From assembly GCF_018977255.1 (NCBI RefSeq), contig NW_024704743.1:70682001-70746000 (forward strand): a stretch of 64,000 bases of DNA, in the 5' to 3' direction. Both the position numbers and the translations under genes were made by a program. Below the pieces are notes generated by a model. The model had not been told where the DNA came from. It searched no databases and saw only the letters and a program-made list of their open reading frames with translations. Each line of letters begins with the position of its first letter. Position 1 is the stretch's first letter. The stretch is from Callorhinchus milii. Lineage: Eukaryota. Shown in pieces: positions 12,155-25,379 of this stretch.

Positions 12155-12882
12155 TAAGCCAGTCTGGAACCTTGGCGTCTTGTTTGAATCTCAACTATCC
12201 TTTATACCCCACATCCATGCCATGATCCACTCTGCCTTTCCCCACCTCTGCAACATCGCCCGACTCTGCCATTGTCTCAAACCACAGGCCACAGAAACTC
12301 TCATACATGCACTCATAACATCCAGCCCTGACTATGCAAACTCCCTGCTTGTCGGCCTCCCTAACTCCTCCCTCCATAGGCTGCAGATCATCCAGAACTC
12401 TGCAGCCCGTGTCCTCTCCCACACCAGGCTCCGTGACACTATCACCCCCATCCTCGCCCAACTCCATTGCCTTTCCATCACACAGAAGATACAGTTAAGA
12501 TCCTGGTCCTCACCTTCAAAGCTCTCCATGGCCTCGCATCCTCCTACCTCTGTGACTTCCTAAACCCCTACCATTCTACCTGCTCACTCCGCTCAGTGAG
12601 CTCTGGCCTGCTTCACGTCCCTGCCTCGCCCGCCCCACCATTGGCAGGCGAGCCTTCCGCTCCTCTGCCCTCGCCCTTTGGAACTCGCAGTCCCTCCAAT
12701 TCACCCCCTCCCTTGCCTCCTTCAAGACCCATCTCAAGACCCTCCTCTTCGTCTGTGCTTTTGATCACGCTGCTTACCCCCTGCCCTCAACCCTCACTAA
12801 TCCCAACCCCCAGCTCAGGTCTGAACCACTGACTGTCCAGCACCTTGTTACCTTACATCTTACAAATGTAATTTTGTTGTTG
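12155..12882 (+). mobile_element. L2 3' fragment
   Basis: PVWNLGVLFESQLSFIPHI..ATETLIHALITS..LQIIQNSAARVL; partial tail. Confidence 0.9.
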
Positions 12883-13269
12883 ATCAGTGTTGCACTATTG
12901 GGGATGATGTCCTGAATCTCAAATGTATAACGTCACATTGCATTTGTAAGATTCATTACATGCCATATGTCATGAGTCTTACTGAGATTCTAGTTTTGAA
13001 TGGATGACATAAATTACTATTATTAAACCATGCAGAAAGCATTTGTTTTCCATTGGGTGGGAGGTGGGAAGGGAGAAAGAATTAGGCAGGAGGTTGTCAA
13101 AAGCACAGTCAAAGAGATAACATTTTAAATAGGTTTTGAAAACAAGAGAGCGAGTGAAGTGGAGGGAATTAGGGAGAGAGATGCAGAGAACAGGAGAATG
13201 GTGGCTGACAGTTTGCCCACTGATGGTAGCATAAAGGAGCAAGGGTGCATGAACCAACAAAATAGCAAA

Positions 13270-13590
13270 CAAATTACATTTCTTTAACATCTTTCACGTC
13301 AGGAGGACGTCCCAAGAAACTGGACAGTCATAGATTCGCATTCGAGCAGGTGGTTGGGATCAGGAGGGGTGGAGGGCAGGAAGAGTAAGGGTAGGAGGGT
13401 GACCGAAGGCGCAGTCAAAGAGGAGGGTCTTGAGATGGGTCTTGAAGGAAGCAAGAGAGGAGGCGAGTTGGAGGCACTGTGGGATGGAGTTCCAGAGGGT
13501 GAGGGTAGAGAGGCTGAAGGCCCGCCTGCTAATGGTGGGGGCAAAGGACTTGAAGCAGGCCGAAGCCCACTAAGCGGAGGGAGCGGACAA
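13270..13590 (-). mobile_element. L2 3' fragment
   Basis: Reversed tail ctttcacgtcaggaggacgtcccaag plus the ORF2 end. Confidence 0.8.
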
Positions 13591-14024
13591 ATTAGTAGGG
13601 GGCTAAACCAGGCCAAAGTTGATGGAGTAGATGAGCCAGGGAGTAGGAATGCAAGAATGGCAGAGGTTGGATGAGTCAAGCTAAATTGAATCGAAAAAGA
13701 TCATTTCCACAGATAGAAAGAGACAGTAATGAGCAAGCATAAATTGAAAATTATCACCCGACGATTATTACCAAAAGAAAGGATGAGCTGGTTGTTAGAA
13801 TGTAGGATGCGATACAACAAATGAATTTTGAAACCAACTTTATCACTTAAATGTGAATTGGATAATGATTTGATAAATATTGGTAAATAATAGTAAAGAG
13901 AATGAGAAAATAGCAAAGCAATGGGATTACATTTGATAGCTCCTGGGGGGATTTATCACCAGTACAGACAGGTATGACAGGCCAAATTATCTCTTTCTAT
14001 GCTGAAACTTCCTATGAAGACAAT

Positions 14025-14137
14025 TGAGAGCTGCCGCATTTCGCCCACAAATATACAGTCAATTCACTTTACAGTCTATTCTGTGAAGCTCTTTGAGACG
14101 TCTAGAAGACGTGAAAAGCACTATATCAAATGCAAGG

Positions 14138-14184
<47 letters not shown>
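14025..14184 (+). mobile_element. SINE 3' fragment with long (ATT)n tail
   Basis: tgtgaagctctttgagacgtctagaagacgtgaaaagcactatatcaaatgcaaggg followed by about 15 ATT units. Confidence 0.8.
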
Positions 14185-15954
14185 CAACCTGTTTAACGTT
14201 CCGTGACTGGTGATGCAAGGTGTATTTTGAATTTTAAATAAGAATGAAAATTATATTTTCACTTTTGTGCAGCTAAATTCAGGACAACGTTGAGGTCAAT
14301 CACATGCCAATGGTTAGAATAACAAGGTATTAAATGGTTAATAATATTCTCAGTATTGTTTTGCACAATTTTTGAAAAATTGTTCTTTCGGCGTTGTTAG
14401 ACATTTTTTTAGTTTTTTTTAAACAATTCAAAATGTTCTGTGATTAGAAACGTATGACATTACTGTCGTACTAGCATAAATCATGTTATCTGTTCAGTAA
14501 AGCTGTACTCAAAAGTTCTGCAACTGACATCCATTCCCAACAATCTAATCTGGCATGGGCTGAATCCAAGCTAGTGAATGATGTGCATCAGGATTACATC
14601 AGGCAATTTTCAGCATTTCTCCATCTCCATTTTGCTCTAAAAGTCATGCAGATTTATTGGACCGAATGACCTCCTTCTGTACTGTAAATTTCCATGATTC
14701 TTTGCTTCTATCCTGGGCCAACAATTCCATATTTACAACCATTCCATATTAATGGCAGAATATGGAGAGTTACATAGTGCAACCAATCTTAAAAAAAACT
14801 AGTGAAGTAATATAAGCTTGTTATGTGGTTTACAATATTCACTTTATCTCTATGAAACTTTAATTGTCCCTCATTATGGAATGAGGTTAATAGCACCTTT
14901 TACTATGTAAATTCCATTATTTTTGACTGCTTTAAATCCACCGCAAATATTGCAGATGTCAACTTTCCTCCAGCAAGGAATTACATTCTAGTTGAGCCTA
15001 TGATCCTCAGCTCATCTGTGAGTCCCATGGTGCATAGAAGTGTTGCCTTCCCCTCAACTTCTCCTAGTACTCAAAGCAACAGCACTTAATCCCAACTCTA
15101 AACATGGGAAGCCAACCATAGAAGCAACTGTTGATCAACAGACTGCAAGTGGAATGGTTCTTTGCAATACTGAGGAAGCTGTGGCATAGATCTCAGTCTT
15201 TTCAACAGAGGGTACAAGAAATGAAAGGTCTGAATAATCTAGCATCTACAACCCACAGTTTAACAGGACTGTAAACTACCATCACACCCATTTGATTTTC
15301 AAATCAAACCTATCTATGAACTGCCTTCATAGTACAATAACTTCTGATTTTAGAAAAGTTTTCGATGTTGGTTATCACTCTAGTGGAATGTTTACAAGCC
15401 CTTAAAAGATCTTCTGTCAGCTTTTCTTACAGATGAGGAAGGTAGAACTTCAAAAAACTTTTCACTAATGGCGTTTATTCATTACTCTTAATTTGGCAAT
15501 TTAACATTTTGGAATGATCTTTCAAGTGGAAATGCCTTTTGAATAAAACAATTCTTTGATATATATACAATAGAATTAATCATACTTATGGAAGCAAATT
15601 CTATCTATTGGTTGACATTTGTCTTCTTCTTGTTTTTCTCACTAACAATTGAACAAATCGTTTTGTTTTGAGAGATCGCTCCCCCTTCCCCTGCCTGCCC
15701 CAAATTGGTGTTTCATCTTTTCAACTATCATCTATTGTTTTTCCTTAATTTTTTTGTGATCCATTTTTTTCAATTTCACACAGGTTTTATCCATCTCTTT
15801 AAAAGAAAGGAATGAATCAAGGATGAAGGAATGAATAAGGGCAATCAGGAAGTATCTTCTTCTTCTTGGGCCAAGGGGCTGATACGAATTGGTACGGTCA
15901 GAAGCAGGCAATGGGTGGAGGTGGAAAAAGGCGGTCCTGGTCAGGGAACATATA

Positions 15955-16395
15955 ATGCAAAGTGGATTGACTGTATTTTGTGGGCAAATGTGGCAGCCAA
16001 TTTGCACACAGCAATGTCTCATAAACAGCCATGGAGTGAGTGACTTTTTTTCTTTGGGGAATTTGTTGGCGAGAGCATCAGGCGAAACTCCTTCAATCTT
16101 ACAACAACTCACTGATTGAGCAATTAATGTGGATAATTGTTGGCCAACACACCATGAAATATTCCCTTCACTTCTCTACTGACCCAGGATTTGTATTCTG
16201 AACAGCCAGATGGACCCTAAAACTTCTCATCCAAAGAATGCTACCTCTACCAATGCAGCGATCCCCCCAGTAATGAGCTGGAAAATAAGTTTGAACTGTT
16301 AGCTCAAGTCCCAAACATAGGGCTTGGACCAACAACCTCTTGGGAATTGAAACCCACCACCTTCTGAGCAAGAAGCAAAGGTGCTCCCAAATAAG
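15955..16395 (-). mobile_element. Deu-type SINE fragments
   Basis: Reversed body ggcagccaatttgcacacagcaatgtctcataaacagc; reversed tRNA-like head near 16345-16395. Confidence 0.6.
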
Positions 16396-17954
16396 CTAGT
16401 TGATACCACAGAAAAATTATACACCGAGGCAGGTAGGCTGGGGGACATTAAGCGGGACAGTATTTGTTGAACGAGGTGATACTCACATCTCTATCGTGAG
16501 CAATATACAGAATCTCCATTTCAAACCTGACAATTCCCCAAAATATCCTGAGTTACTTTGGAGTTTTAGCCCCATTTTGGATTCTTACCTCAACTCCACC
16601 TCTGCTTCTCTTCCAATCTTCTGCTTGGTACTGTATGACCCGTCTTACTGGTCATATTTATACATTACTGGAGAAAATGTGCTTATTTAGTAGAATTTTG
16701 CATTATCAATGAAACTCTAACTTCAACAAGTCAAATCAAGGGGGTGGATCAAGAATTCACACCAGTAACATGTTTAAGTGCTCTAAGACACTAATCCACA
16801 TGAAGGGCGCTATCGAATGCAAGACGTTGTTATTGCTGATGCTTTATGAAAAAAAGATGGAATTCTGTATTATTTTAAGCAAAATATATTTTTAAAAATC
16901 TCAACTTTTGTTACTTTCAAGATATTTTGTTAATAAAGAAAGCATGGAATTTCCACCTTTACATTGGTAATGACTATAGAAAAAAGATTTTTTTTGTACC
17001 AAAAAAGCTACGAAACATGGAATTTCAAAAAAGACTCATGCAAATATGGCACTGTTGTTTGTTCAAAAATAGATTAATTCACTTCCTTGATCCAAAATCT
17101 GCACAGAATTAGTTAATGAAAAGGAACTGAACATATGTACTGATTATACACTTGATCATCTGACATGTTAAGAAAATTCTGGGAACAAAAGACTCATATT
17201 GCTGATCAGACTCAAGATCTTCAGTATCAGCACATCATCAAATGGGATTAAAACTTCAACTCAAGTGGAAAAATGAAAGAAGGACCTATCTGTCTGGTGA
17301 TGGGTCAAACAATAGCTCAGACTGAATGTTAACAGAGGTTGTCAGAGAAAGGCATAGCAACTATCAGTGTACCAGATGTTGTAGCATAAGGTTAATATAA
17401 TTAAGTCACAGTACCTGAATAATGTCATTGAAGACACAATAGAGCATTGAGGTGGAAGAGTTAACCATCAGATTGTTGTGGTTGAGTTCACTTATCCAGG
17501 CTTTCCTATGAATATGCTTTTTGCAGCCCTGACTTTCTTTTCTAAATGCAAAAATTCTCTTCACATCTACATTGTGACCCTGTCAATCATCCAAGCTTTC
17601 AAACCAATGAAGGTTTTTTTTTGTGCAAAGTTGTCTTTGCTTTTCAAAGTGGATGGCAGCTGCTGCAAGGAAAGTAAAGCTTTTCAGGTTATAAAGAGTT
17701 CAGGTCATTTCAGGTTAAAAAAAATTTCAGAATGCAAAAAGAGGTAAGAAGTAGAAAATAGTAAGAAATAAAGTTAACATTAAAAATATGGAGCAAAGAG
17801 TAATGAAAATGTATAGAATGGATCAGCACCAAGAGGCAGAAGTGTAACTTGACCCAATGGCTATTTGAGTGTTAAAATAGTCACAACACTAGCACTTCAG
17901 TTCTCTGAAGACCCCAAATGGAATAGTTAGAGGAAAGTGAGACAGGGAAAGTAT

Positions 17955-18170
17955 AGTTGCTTCGGATGAGATGTTGAACCGAGGTCTGTCCAGGTGGACA
18001 TTAAAGATCCTATGGGACTATTTGAAAAGAGAAGGCAATTTCTTCTGGTGTCCTGGCCAAAAATCTTCCAAGTAATATTGGTCATTCACTTCATATCTGT
18101 TTATGAGACATTGATGTGCACAAATTGGCTGTCACATTACTCCTATAAATACACCACATTACACTTTACA
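17955..18170 (+). mobile_element. Deu-type SINE internal fragment
   Basis: ttcggatgagatgttgaaccgagg..caggtggacattaaagatcctatgggactatttgaa. Confidence 0.75.
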
Positions 18171-19304
18171 GAAACTTTTAAACTTTCTCATTGTTAATTG
18201 AGGCATTGAACTGATGAAGGAATGGAGAATATATCTCCCATAACACCGAATGTTACATGCTTATCATGTATAATTTCTCAACTGTTATAGTTAAAAATTG
18301 TATGACCTCTGATTTATTTTGTTTGCTGAATATTGTAATACTGCCATATTTATTTTGTATGCTGTGACATTTATGATTTGCTGCACTTCTTCAATCTTCA
18401 CAATAAAAACATTAATGAGAAAGAAAGTCATGAACATTTCTAGGTAGGTGCTGTAATTCTTAACATTGTGTCGTGGTGCAACATAGCTACAATCTGGTTA
18501 TAAAAAATGTTAACATCTGGCAAGCATCCAAGCAAACAACCAAATCACATGAACATATTTTTCCGTTCAGATTTGTTTTTACTTTACCATTATAACAAAG
18601 ACAGAAATCCTTCCTGCAGTAAAAAAACCAAATCCTCTAAATCACCCAGCTAAAATCACCTTCAATTTGTTAAAGATTCAAGATTGAAGAATAAAGATTT
18701 GGGTTGAAATCTTGATTGGCCAAGCAGCCTCCTTCTGCACTGTAAATTTCTATGGTTCTAAGCAAAATAAAATATCGCATGTGGCAATATTGCATCATGC
18801 CACAGGTAATAATAATAATAATAATAATAATCCTTGCATTTGATATAGCGCTTTTCACGTCGGGAGGATGTCCCAAAGCGTTTATGATTGAGCATGGACT
18901 GAACAATTGCTTGTAAACTGCATTGTAACTGACAATGATAGAGTACTTTTGAATAGAAAATGCATACGTTAACCAGTGTCTTCTTAGGTATACAGATTAT
19001 ATTCGGTGAAAAAAAAAAACAGTTAATAAGGTACTAGTTTCCTCCAACTATTTATGGAACACCAGTCTTCATTTTTGAGTGATTCATATGCGAAATAGAC
19101 GACCCGGGGCAGAGTTAGAGGTAGATGGTGTCAGAAAATTCAAGAGGAATTAGGCAGTTATTCAAGAGGAATTAGGTAGTTATTAGGTAGTGACGAGATG
19201 GTGCAAGAATTATAAAGTGTAGGAGTTATTTTTAATTTGTACATTTGTAAATTCATTTCACATAACTATGTGGAAAGATAGAATCAGATTAAAAAAATCA
19301 AATA

Positions 19305-19612
19305 ACGAATAATTCTTATATTTGATATAGCACCTTTCATGTCAGGGGACATCTCAAAGCTCTTTGCAGGATATACTGTAAAGGGAAGTGACTGTTTGTT
19401 TTGTAGATGAATGTAACAGCCAATTTGCGTCCTACAATGTCTCACAAACTACCATTAAGTGAAAGACTAATTTAGTTTGGTGGATTTTGGCTAGGACATC
19501 AGGAGAAACTCCCTTCTCTTTTCAAATAATGCCATGGCATCTTTCACATTTAACTGAATAGGAAACGGGGCTGCGGTTTAACATCTCATCTGAAGAACGG
19601 CAACTCTGACAA
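19305..19612 (-). mobile_element. Deu-type SINE
   Basis: Reversed tail and body, including ggtttaacatctcatctgaagaacggca. Confidence 0.75.
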
Positions 19613-20419
19613 ACAGAACACTCAAGAAAGTTATCAGATCATCTGGTAAAATGGTGAAAAAAACTATTTTAAAAATGGAGCAGAGCAATCGTGAGAATGT
19701 GAGCTTGGTTTTCTATCAGAGAACAAACAACAGCAATGGCAACAGAAATTCTGTAAATTTACATGAAAGGTAAAATATTCAGCAATTTAGTTAACAATTT
19801 TGTAAATCTGTGCAAAGGCAAGTGGAAAGATAATATTTTTATATAGATTGTGAACTGCAACCGAATGCACAAGCTGTATTCAAGGTGCTATGCTCACAAA
19901 ACTGATGGAAGTTTTTGAAATTGTCATAAATTATGATACAGTCAATTACGATCCAGGATGCAGGGTGACATGGTACAAGAACCTTTTTTTTAGAACTGGA
20001 CACTTACTACATTGCGTGCTGGAATTTTTCAGTTTAACACACACAAAGCAAATTCTTTAGGGGAATATAGAGCAGAAGGCTTTTGATACATCAAAGACAA
20101 TACTGACCAGTTCCTGTGCTATGATTGATGTGAAATGGCAGCCTCTTTTCGAATGAAAGTTGCCAACAATCTGTGGGTTGTTAGTGGAAAAAGAAAAGAC
20201 TCAACAATTACAAATAATGCTAACCACTGTGGAGAAGCTCCATTTCAGAAAGATAGATTGTATTGGACCCACTGAAGTAATACTGAGTTGTACAAAGTCT
20301 CAAAATCAATGTGTTAAATATTTTCAGACTGTCCATGGGCCAGATTTGTGTTTCATATTCTTCATGGAAAATGATGGTAAAGTATATGAGCTGTCGTCAA
20401 TTTTGCTCAGTTGGTAACA

Positions 20420-20645
20420 ATCTAATCTCAAAGCCAGAAACTTGTGAGTCTGAAACATATTGTGATCACAAGAACAATTTGCTTGATCAGCAGCCCAGCA
20501 TCTCGGGTCAACATCCATCTTCTCTTTCACCAATACACTGTGGCTGCAGTGTGTTCTATCTACATAATATATTGGGGAAATTCATCAAACATGCATCCAG
20601 CATCTCCCAGCCATGCAACCGCCACCATGCTGAAGACAAAAGCAG
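20420..20645 (+). mobile_element. CR1-group LINE ORF2 C-terminal remnant
   Basis: NIHLLFHQYTVAAVCSIY resembles the SLxHRRxVAAVCxxY motif; family assignment is from recall only. Confidence 0.45.
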
Positions 20646-20647
20646 CG

Positions 20648-21520
20648 TCAACAACAACAACAAAAACAACAACAACAACAAGATTACATTTGTATAGCGC
20701 CTTTCACGTCGGGAGGACGTCCCAAGCCGCTGGACAGAGTACAGCATTTCAGATCCGAGCAGGGGTTGGGGCGGAAGGGAGGGGAAGGGGGGTGGCCGAT
20801 GGCATGGTCGAAGAGGGGAGTCTTGAGGCGAGACTTGAAGGAGGCTAAGGAGGGGGTGAGGCGGAGGGACTGGGGGATGGAATTCCAGAGATTGGGGGCA
20901 GAGTGGCTGAAGGCTCTCCCGTCAATGGTGGGGCGGGTGGGTTGGGGGATGTGGAGCAGGCCTGAGCCGGCTGAGCAGAAGGAACGGGCGGGTTGGTAGG
21001 GATTAGGAGGTCGCAGAGGTAGGGTGAGGTGAGGCTATGGAGGGCTTTGTATTTGAGGACCAGGATCTTGAAATGGATCCTCTGAAGGATAGGGAACCAG
21101 TGGAGTCGAGCAAGAATGGGGGAGATGGGGTCACAGAGTTTGGTGCGGGAGAGGACACAGGCTGCAGAATTCAGGATTACCCACAGCCTGTGGAGGGAGG
21201 AGTTGGGAAGGCTGACAAGCAGGGCGTGTGCATAGTCGAGCCTGGAAGTGATGAAGGCATGAACAAGAGTTTCAGCGGCCTGAGGGGTGAGGTAGTGGTG
21301 GAGTCGGGTGATGTTACAGAGGTGAGGAAAGGCAGAGCAGGTCATGGCTTGAATGTAGGGGAGAAAAGACAGTTGAGGGTCAAACAAGACACCTTGGTTC
21401 CTGACTGGCGGTGAGTTGTAGTGTGCAACCATGGAGGTTGATGTTGCCAGAGCCTGAGGTGCTGAGGCGCTGGCGCGAGCCAATCAGAGGGGCCTTAGTC
21501 TTGCATGGGATCAGCAAAGG
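20648..21520 (-). mobile_element. L2 3' fragment (same subfamily as 1-740)
   Basis: Minus ORF PVRNQGVLFDPQLSFLP..AAETLVHAFITSRLDY..IHFKILVL; near-consensus tail with (CAA)n. Confidence 0.92.
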
Positions 21521-21589
21521 ATCGGCAACTCACGCCCCAAATTCCCTCCAAATTCTGACTTTGTCATATATCACTATCTCATTATATGT

Positions 21590-22005
21590 GTGTGAGCCTG
21601 GTGCAGTAGCAGTAGTAGCACTCTCACCTCTAAGTTATAAAGTTGTGGGTTCAAGCCGCATGTCAGGACATGGAATCACACAGTCTAAGATGACACTCCA
21701 ATGCAGTGCTGGGGGATGCAGCATTGTTAGGGTGTGCTCGGTTGTCAGAAGCGCTATCCTTCAGATGAAATGTTAACTGAGGTCCTATCTACCTGTTAAA
21801 GATTCTATGGCACAATTCGAAAAGAGGAGGGAGTTTCTTCAGGTCAACAAGCCCTCAAATAAATTTGATCATTCATTTCATTGCTCTTTGTGGGATATTG
21901 GGGTGCATATATTGGCTACTAAATTTGCTTATAAAATGTAGACTTCGAGACACTCTTGGAATATGAAAGATGCTATAACAAATGTAAGGAATATTATTAA
22001 TAATA
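21590..22005 (+). mobile_element. Full-length Deu-type tRNA SINE (SacSINE1-like)
   Basis: tRNA-like head (gttgtgggttcaagcc), core ttcagatgaaatgttaactgagg..gattctatggcac, L2-like tail. Confidence 0.75.
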
Positions 22006-22727
22006 ACTATGAATGGGAAATAAATACTGTCAAAATGACAACCTCACCCATATCTTGGAAAAGAGTAAAAAATATGATTTAGTGCAATATGAGTGCTGTA
22101 TTTTTACCATCCTTCAGTTTTGTCCAATAATTTTAATTCATCTAAATTCATCGTTCACAGATTTGGGTAATTGGTCATTCATCTTCTGTTACTTGTGAGA
22201 TTGGCTGCCTCATTGTTCTACATAATAAAAATGATTATGTTTCAATGTAATATATTGCATGAATCATATTGAGATGTTTTGATATAATGAGACCCTACAA
22301 AATCCAAGTGTTACTATTAGATACTTAGTAGAGACTGGGAAAGAACAAGATACATAGCCTTTGCCATACAATTTATGATTTAGTGCAATATGAGTGCTGT
22401 ATTTTTACCATCCTTCAGTTTTGGCCAATAATTTTAATTCATCTAAATTCACTGTTCACAGATTTGGGCAAAGACCGCAAATCTATCGACAATCTATATA
22501 TACAAAAATGAGCACTGTCAAAGCTCTTTCTATGTAACAACATAAATCTTTATTTTTTAGGCTGCAATTAAGATTATATCCATTGGCATAGATATATTCA
22601 TACCAAACCAGACAAAATTAGTCATATATCTATATTGTCTGCCAATTGACAGAGGGTTAAACTTGATGCTAACAATGATTGTATTACACAACAATAGGAT
22701 GGATAAGGAGACTTTACAAGTAAGTAT

Positions 22728-22942
22728 AAATAATAATAATAATAATCCTTGCATTTGATATAGTGCCTTATCATGTCATTGAAACGTTCCAAAGCACTTC
22801 TCAGGATATACTGTAAAGTGGAGTGACTGTATTTTGTGGGCGAAACACGGCAGTCAGTTTCCCATAGCAGTGTCCCACAAACAGCCATGGTGTGAGTGAC
22901 CAATTTTATTTGGGGGGTTGTTGGTCAGGACATTGGGAGAAA
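22728..22942 (-). mobile_element. Deu-type SINE 3' half
   Basis: (AAT)n followed by reversed tail and body. Confidence 0.8.
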
Positions 22943-23874
22943 CTATGATGCAAATAATCATGCTGTACAAACATGAAATATAGCTGCTTTTGTGTCTTGA
23001 CTTTCATATGCATTCTTAGTCCATAACATCTTGATCCAAAAAACCTTTTGAAACATATACTTTCATTTATTCTCCACCTCATAATGCAGAATAACAACCC
23101 CAAAAGTTCCATCAGCTTAATATTAATATCTATCAGATATTACTTACAATGGGTGGATTCTGAAGGTCCATCAGAACTGAATCACTTGACCTTCACAAAT
23201 GATATTCCCTGCAATCTGCACAAGCAGAAAACAATGAGAAATGTTAACATTGACCCATAGTAAAATCAATGTTCATTGAAAATAGAGTCCTCTAACCACT
23301 ATGCTACACGACTCCACAACCGTAGTTATGATAGTGTGTAAATAACAAAGGAAAAGTAAATCCGCACAAAAATACAAAGGAAGTAAATGATCTTAAAATA
23401 AGCCATGTAGACTGTTTTAAGTGCTTATAACTGAATGGTGCAAGCATTCAGAATGATGCTTGAGATATTGAGCATTTGTTATGCTAATAAATTATAGGAT
23501 TAATAACGGAAGTAAGATCAATTTGCTTTATTATAGGATGTTATGAAAGGATAGAAAAAAAGGGCAAGGTTTTCTTGTAGACTTGGGAAACCAAAGAAGT
23601 TGAATTGATATTGTAGGAAAAGTCACAAAATAAAATAGGCTGATGTCAAAGTGAAATGTTAAAGAGCAAAAAGGGTAAAAGATCAATGATAAAGGATTAA
23701 CATTAAAGACTGTCTGGGCAATTAAAGGATACTGTCATTACCACGTGTTGCTAACATTGGGATCAAATGTGCGTATACTATTTCTAAACATACTCTCCAT
23801 TCCTTATTTAAGGAAAATCATTAAGATGTCTTTGGAAATAACCCTCCCAATTCTTAACTTGTGAATAATGTTGG

Positions 23875-24285
23875 CAGCCTGGCTCAGTTGGCAGCACTTT
23901 GGCCACTGATTTAGAAAGTTGTGGGATCAAGCCTCATGTCAGAAGATGGAACTTATATAGTCTAAGACAGTGGTGGCCAACCCATGGCCTGCGGGCCAGA
24001 AGTGGCCTGTGGGGCTGCCAAGAAGTGCCCCCGAACATTCACATGCATCTAGGTAAGTCCATGGTCACATGTTTCCAGTATTTTCTTGATGGAATATTTC
24101 ATGATTTATGGCATAAATTGAGAAATTTTCAATCAAGAAAATGTGTTTTATTGGCCGACCAAAAAGGTTGCCCAACGCTAAGTGCTGACCCTCCATTGCA
24201 GCCTGGGGGTGTGCTGCATTGTTAGAGGTGGTGTCGTTTGGATGAGACGTTAGAACAAATCTGTCCGTTCAGGTGGATTTCTATT
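23875..24285 (+). mobile_element. Deu-type SINE 5' half interrupted by a hAT-like MITE
   Basis: Head cagcctggctcagttggcagcact..gttgtgggatcaagcc; resumes after 24180 with gctgaccctccattgcag..ggatgagacgtt. Confidence 0.7.
23968..24180. mobile_element. hAT (Charlie-like) MITE
   Basis: Imperfect TIRs CAGTGGTGGCCAACC / GGTTGCCCAACGCTA (11/15) and subterminal ggcctgcgggcc. No clean TSD. Confidence 0.55.
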
Positions 24286-24344
24286 TGAGTTAGGGCAATA
24301 TCACTCAAATAAACCTGGACAGATTATTTTTTTATGCTGTTAGG

Positions 24345-24515
24345 CAATGGGGATTGGATAGAGAAATTTAAATCCACAGAAAACAGGCGTGGAAAGACAT
24401 CACCAGCTGGATCAATTGTGTGTCTGCCACCTGCAGAACTTGGCAGGAGGTCAGGAATAGATTCCATGATGTTAAAAACATTATAACAAAAGCATTGTCT
24501 TTCAACTGCTAGACA
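24345..24515 (+). pseudogene. Myb/SANT-like domain remnant, probably from a PIF/Harbinger transposon
   Basis: The frame at 24381 reads KQAWKDITSWINCVSATCRTWQEVRNRFHDV and is flanked by stops. Confidence 0.55.
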
Positions 24516-25379
24516 TGGTGCAAACAGAAGCAACAGTCATTGTGAAAAAATCAGCCTTGGAGAATCTGGTGAGACTCAATTGAGAATAACTTCTGGGTAA
24601 CCTTTAGATAATCTGGTAAAATCCTTCCTGTTTATGTCACATTATCCATTGCACAAGCACAGACACAACAATACTTTCACCTTCACAATTTAATGAATCA
24701 CCCACACATCAAATAGCCACTATGAACACAATGATGGATTCAAGGCTGGAAAGGATGGAAAGATTATTTTCAGAGATGAATGGTTCTACCTTTGAAAACA
24801 TAATCCTGCATCCCAGGCTACATTTATCCTACCCATTTGAGAGAATATTTCCATGACTTTGGTAAATGTTTCTGTAAATCAGTCCTAATTTGAAAGTTAA
24901 TTTTCTGCACTTCTCAATGAGAACCAGCTTTAAATTAAGACTGAATTTATAAACTTTCCACAATTCTGCACAAATTTAGATTTTAAGACTTTAATATAGT
25001 TTTATAGGCTTAGACCAGGTGGCATTTGGGTATGCAGCATGAAGTATAGATTGAGCTTCTCGCTGATGTTGTTATAATGCCAGAACGAAGTGACTTCAAT
25101 CTCACCTACATAATGCAGCATCAGAGATAAATCCTGATAAACATTGGTCAGAGAGCAATGGCTTTGCAGCTTTCTAGTCCACTATGGAGGGAATGGTTGG
25201 GAAATAAAGAGAGAAGGCCCTGACACAGTATAATGCTATAATCACAGACCTCCTGAAATAACAATATTTTAGTTGATACTACAGCCAATTTGTATTTTAC
25301 TTATTTATCCAGATTGTTTGGTGATTTACAATGAGCCAGTCCCAATTAGTGTGGACACTTAGCTTTGTACTGTACTTCG

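Noticed and set aside
19139..19191. Short tandem duplication ttcaagaggaattagg(c/t)agtta
   Set aside because: Ordinary local slippage inside a decayed repeat.
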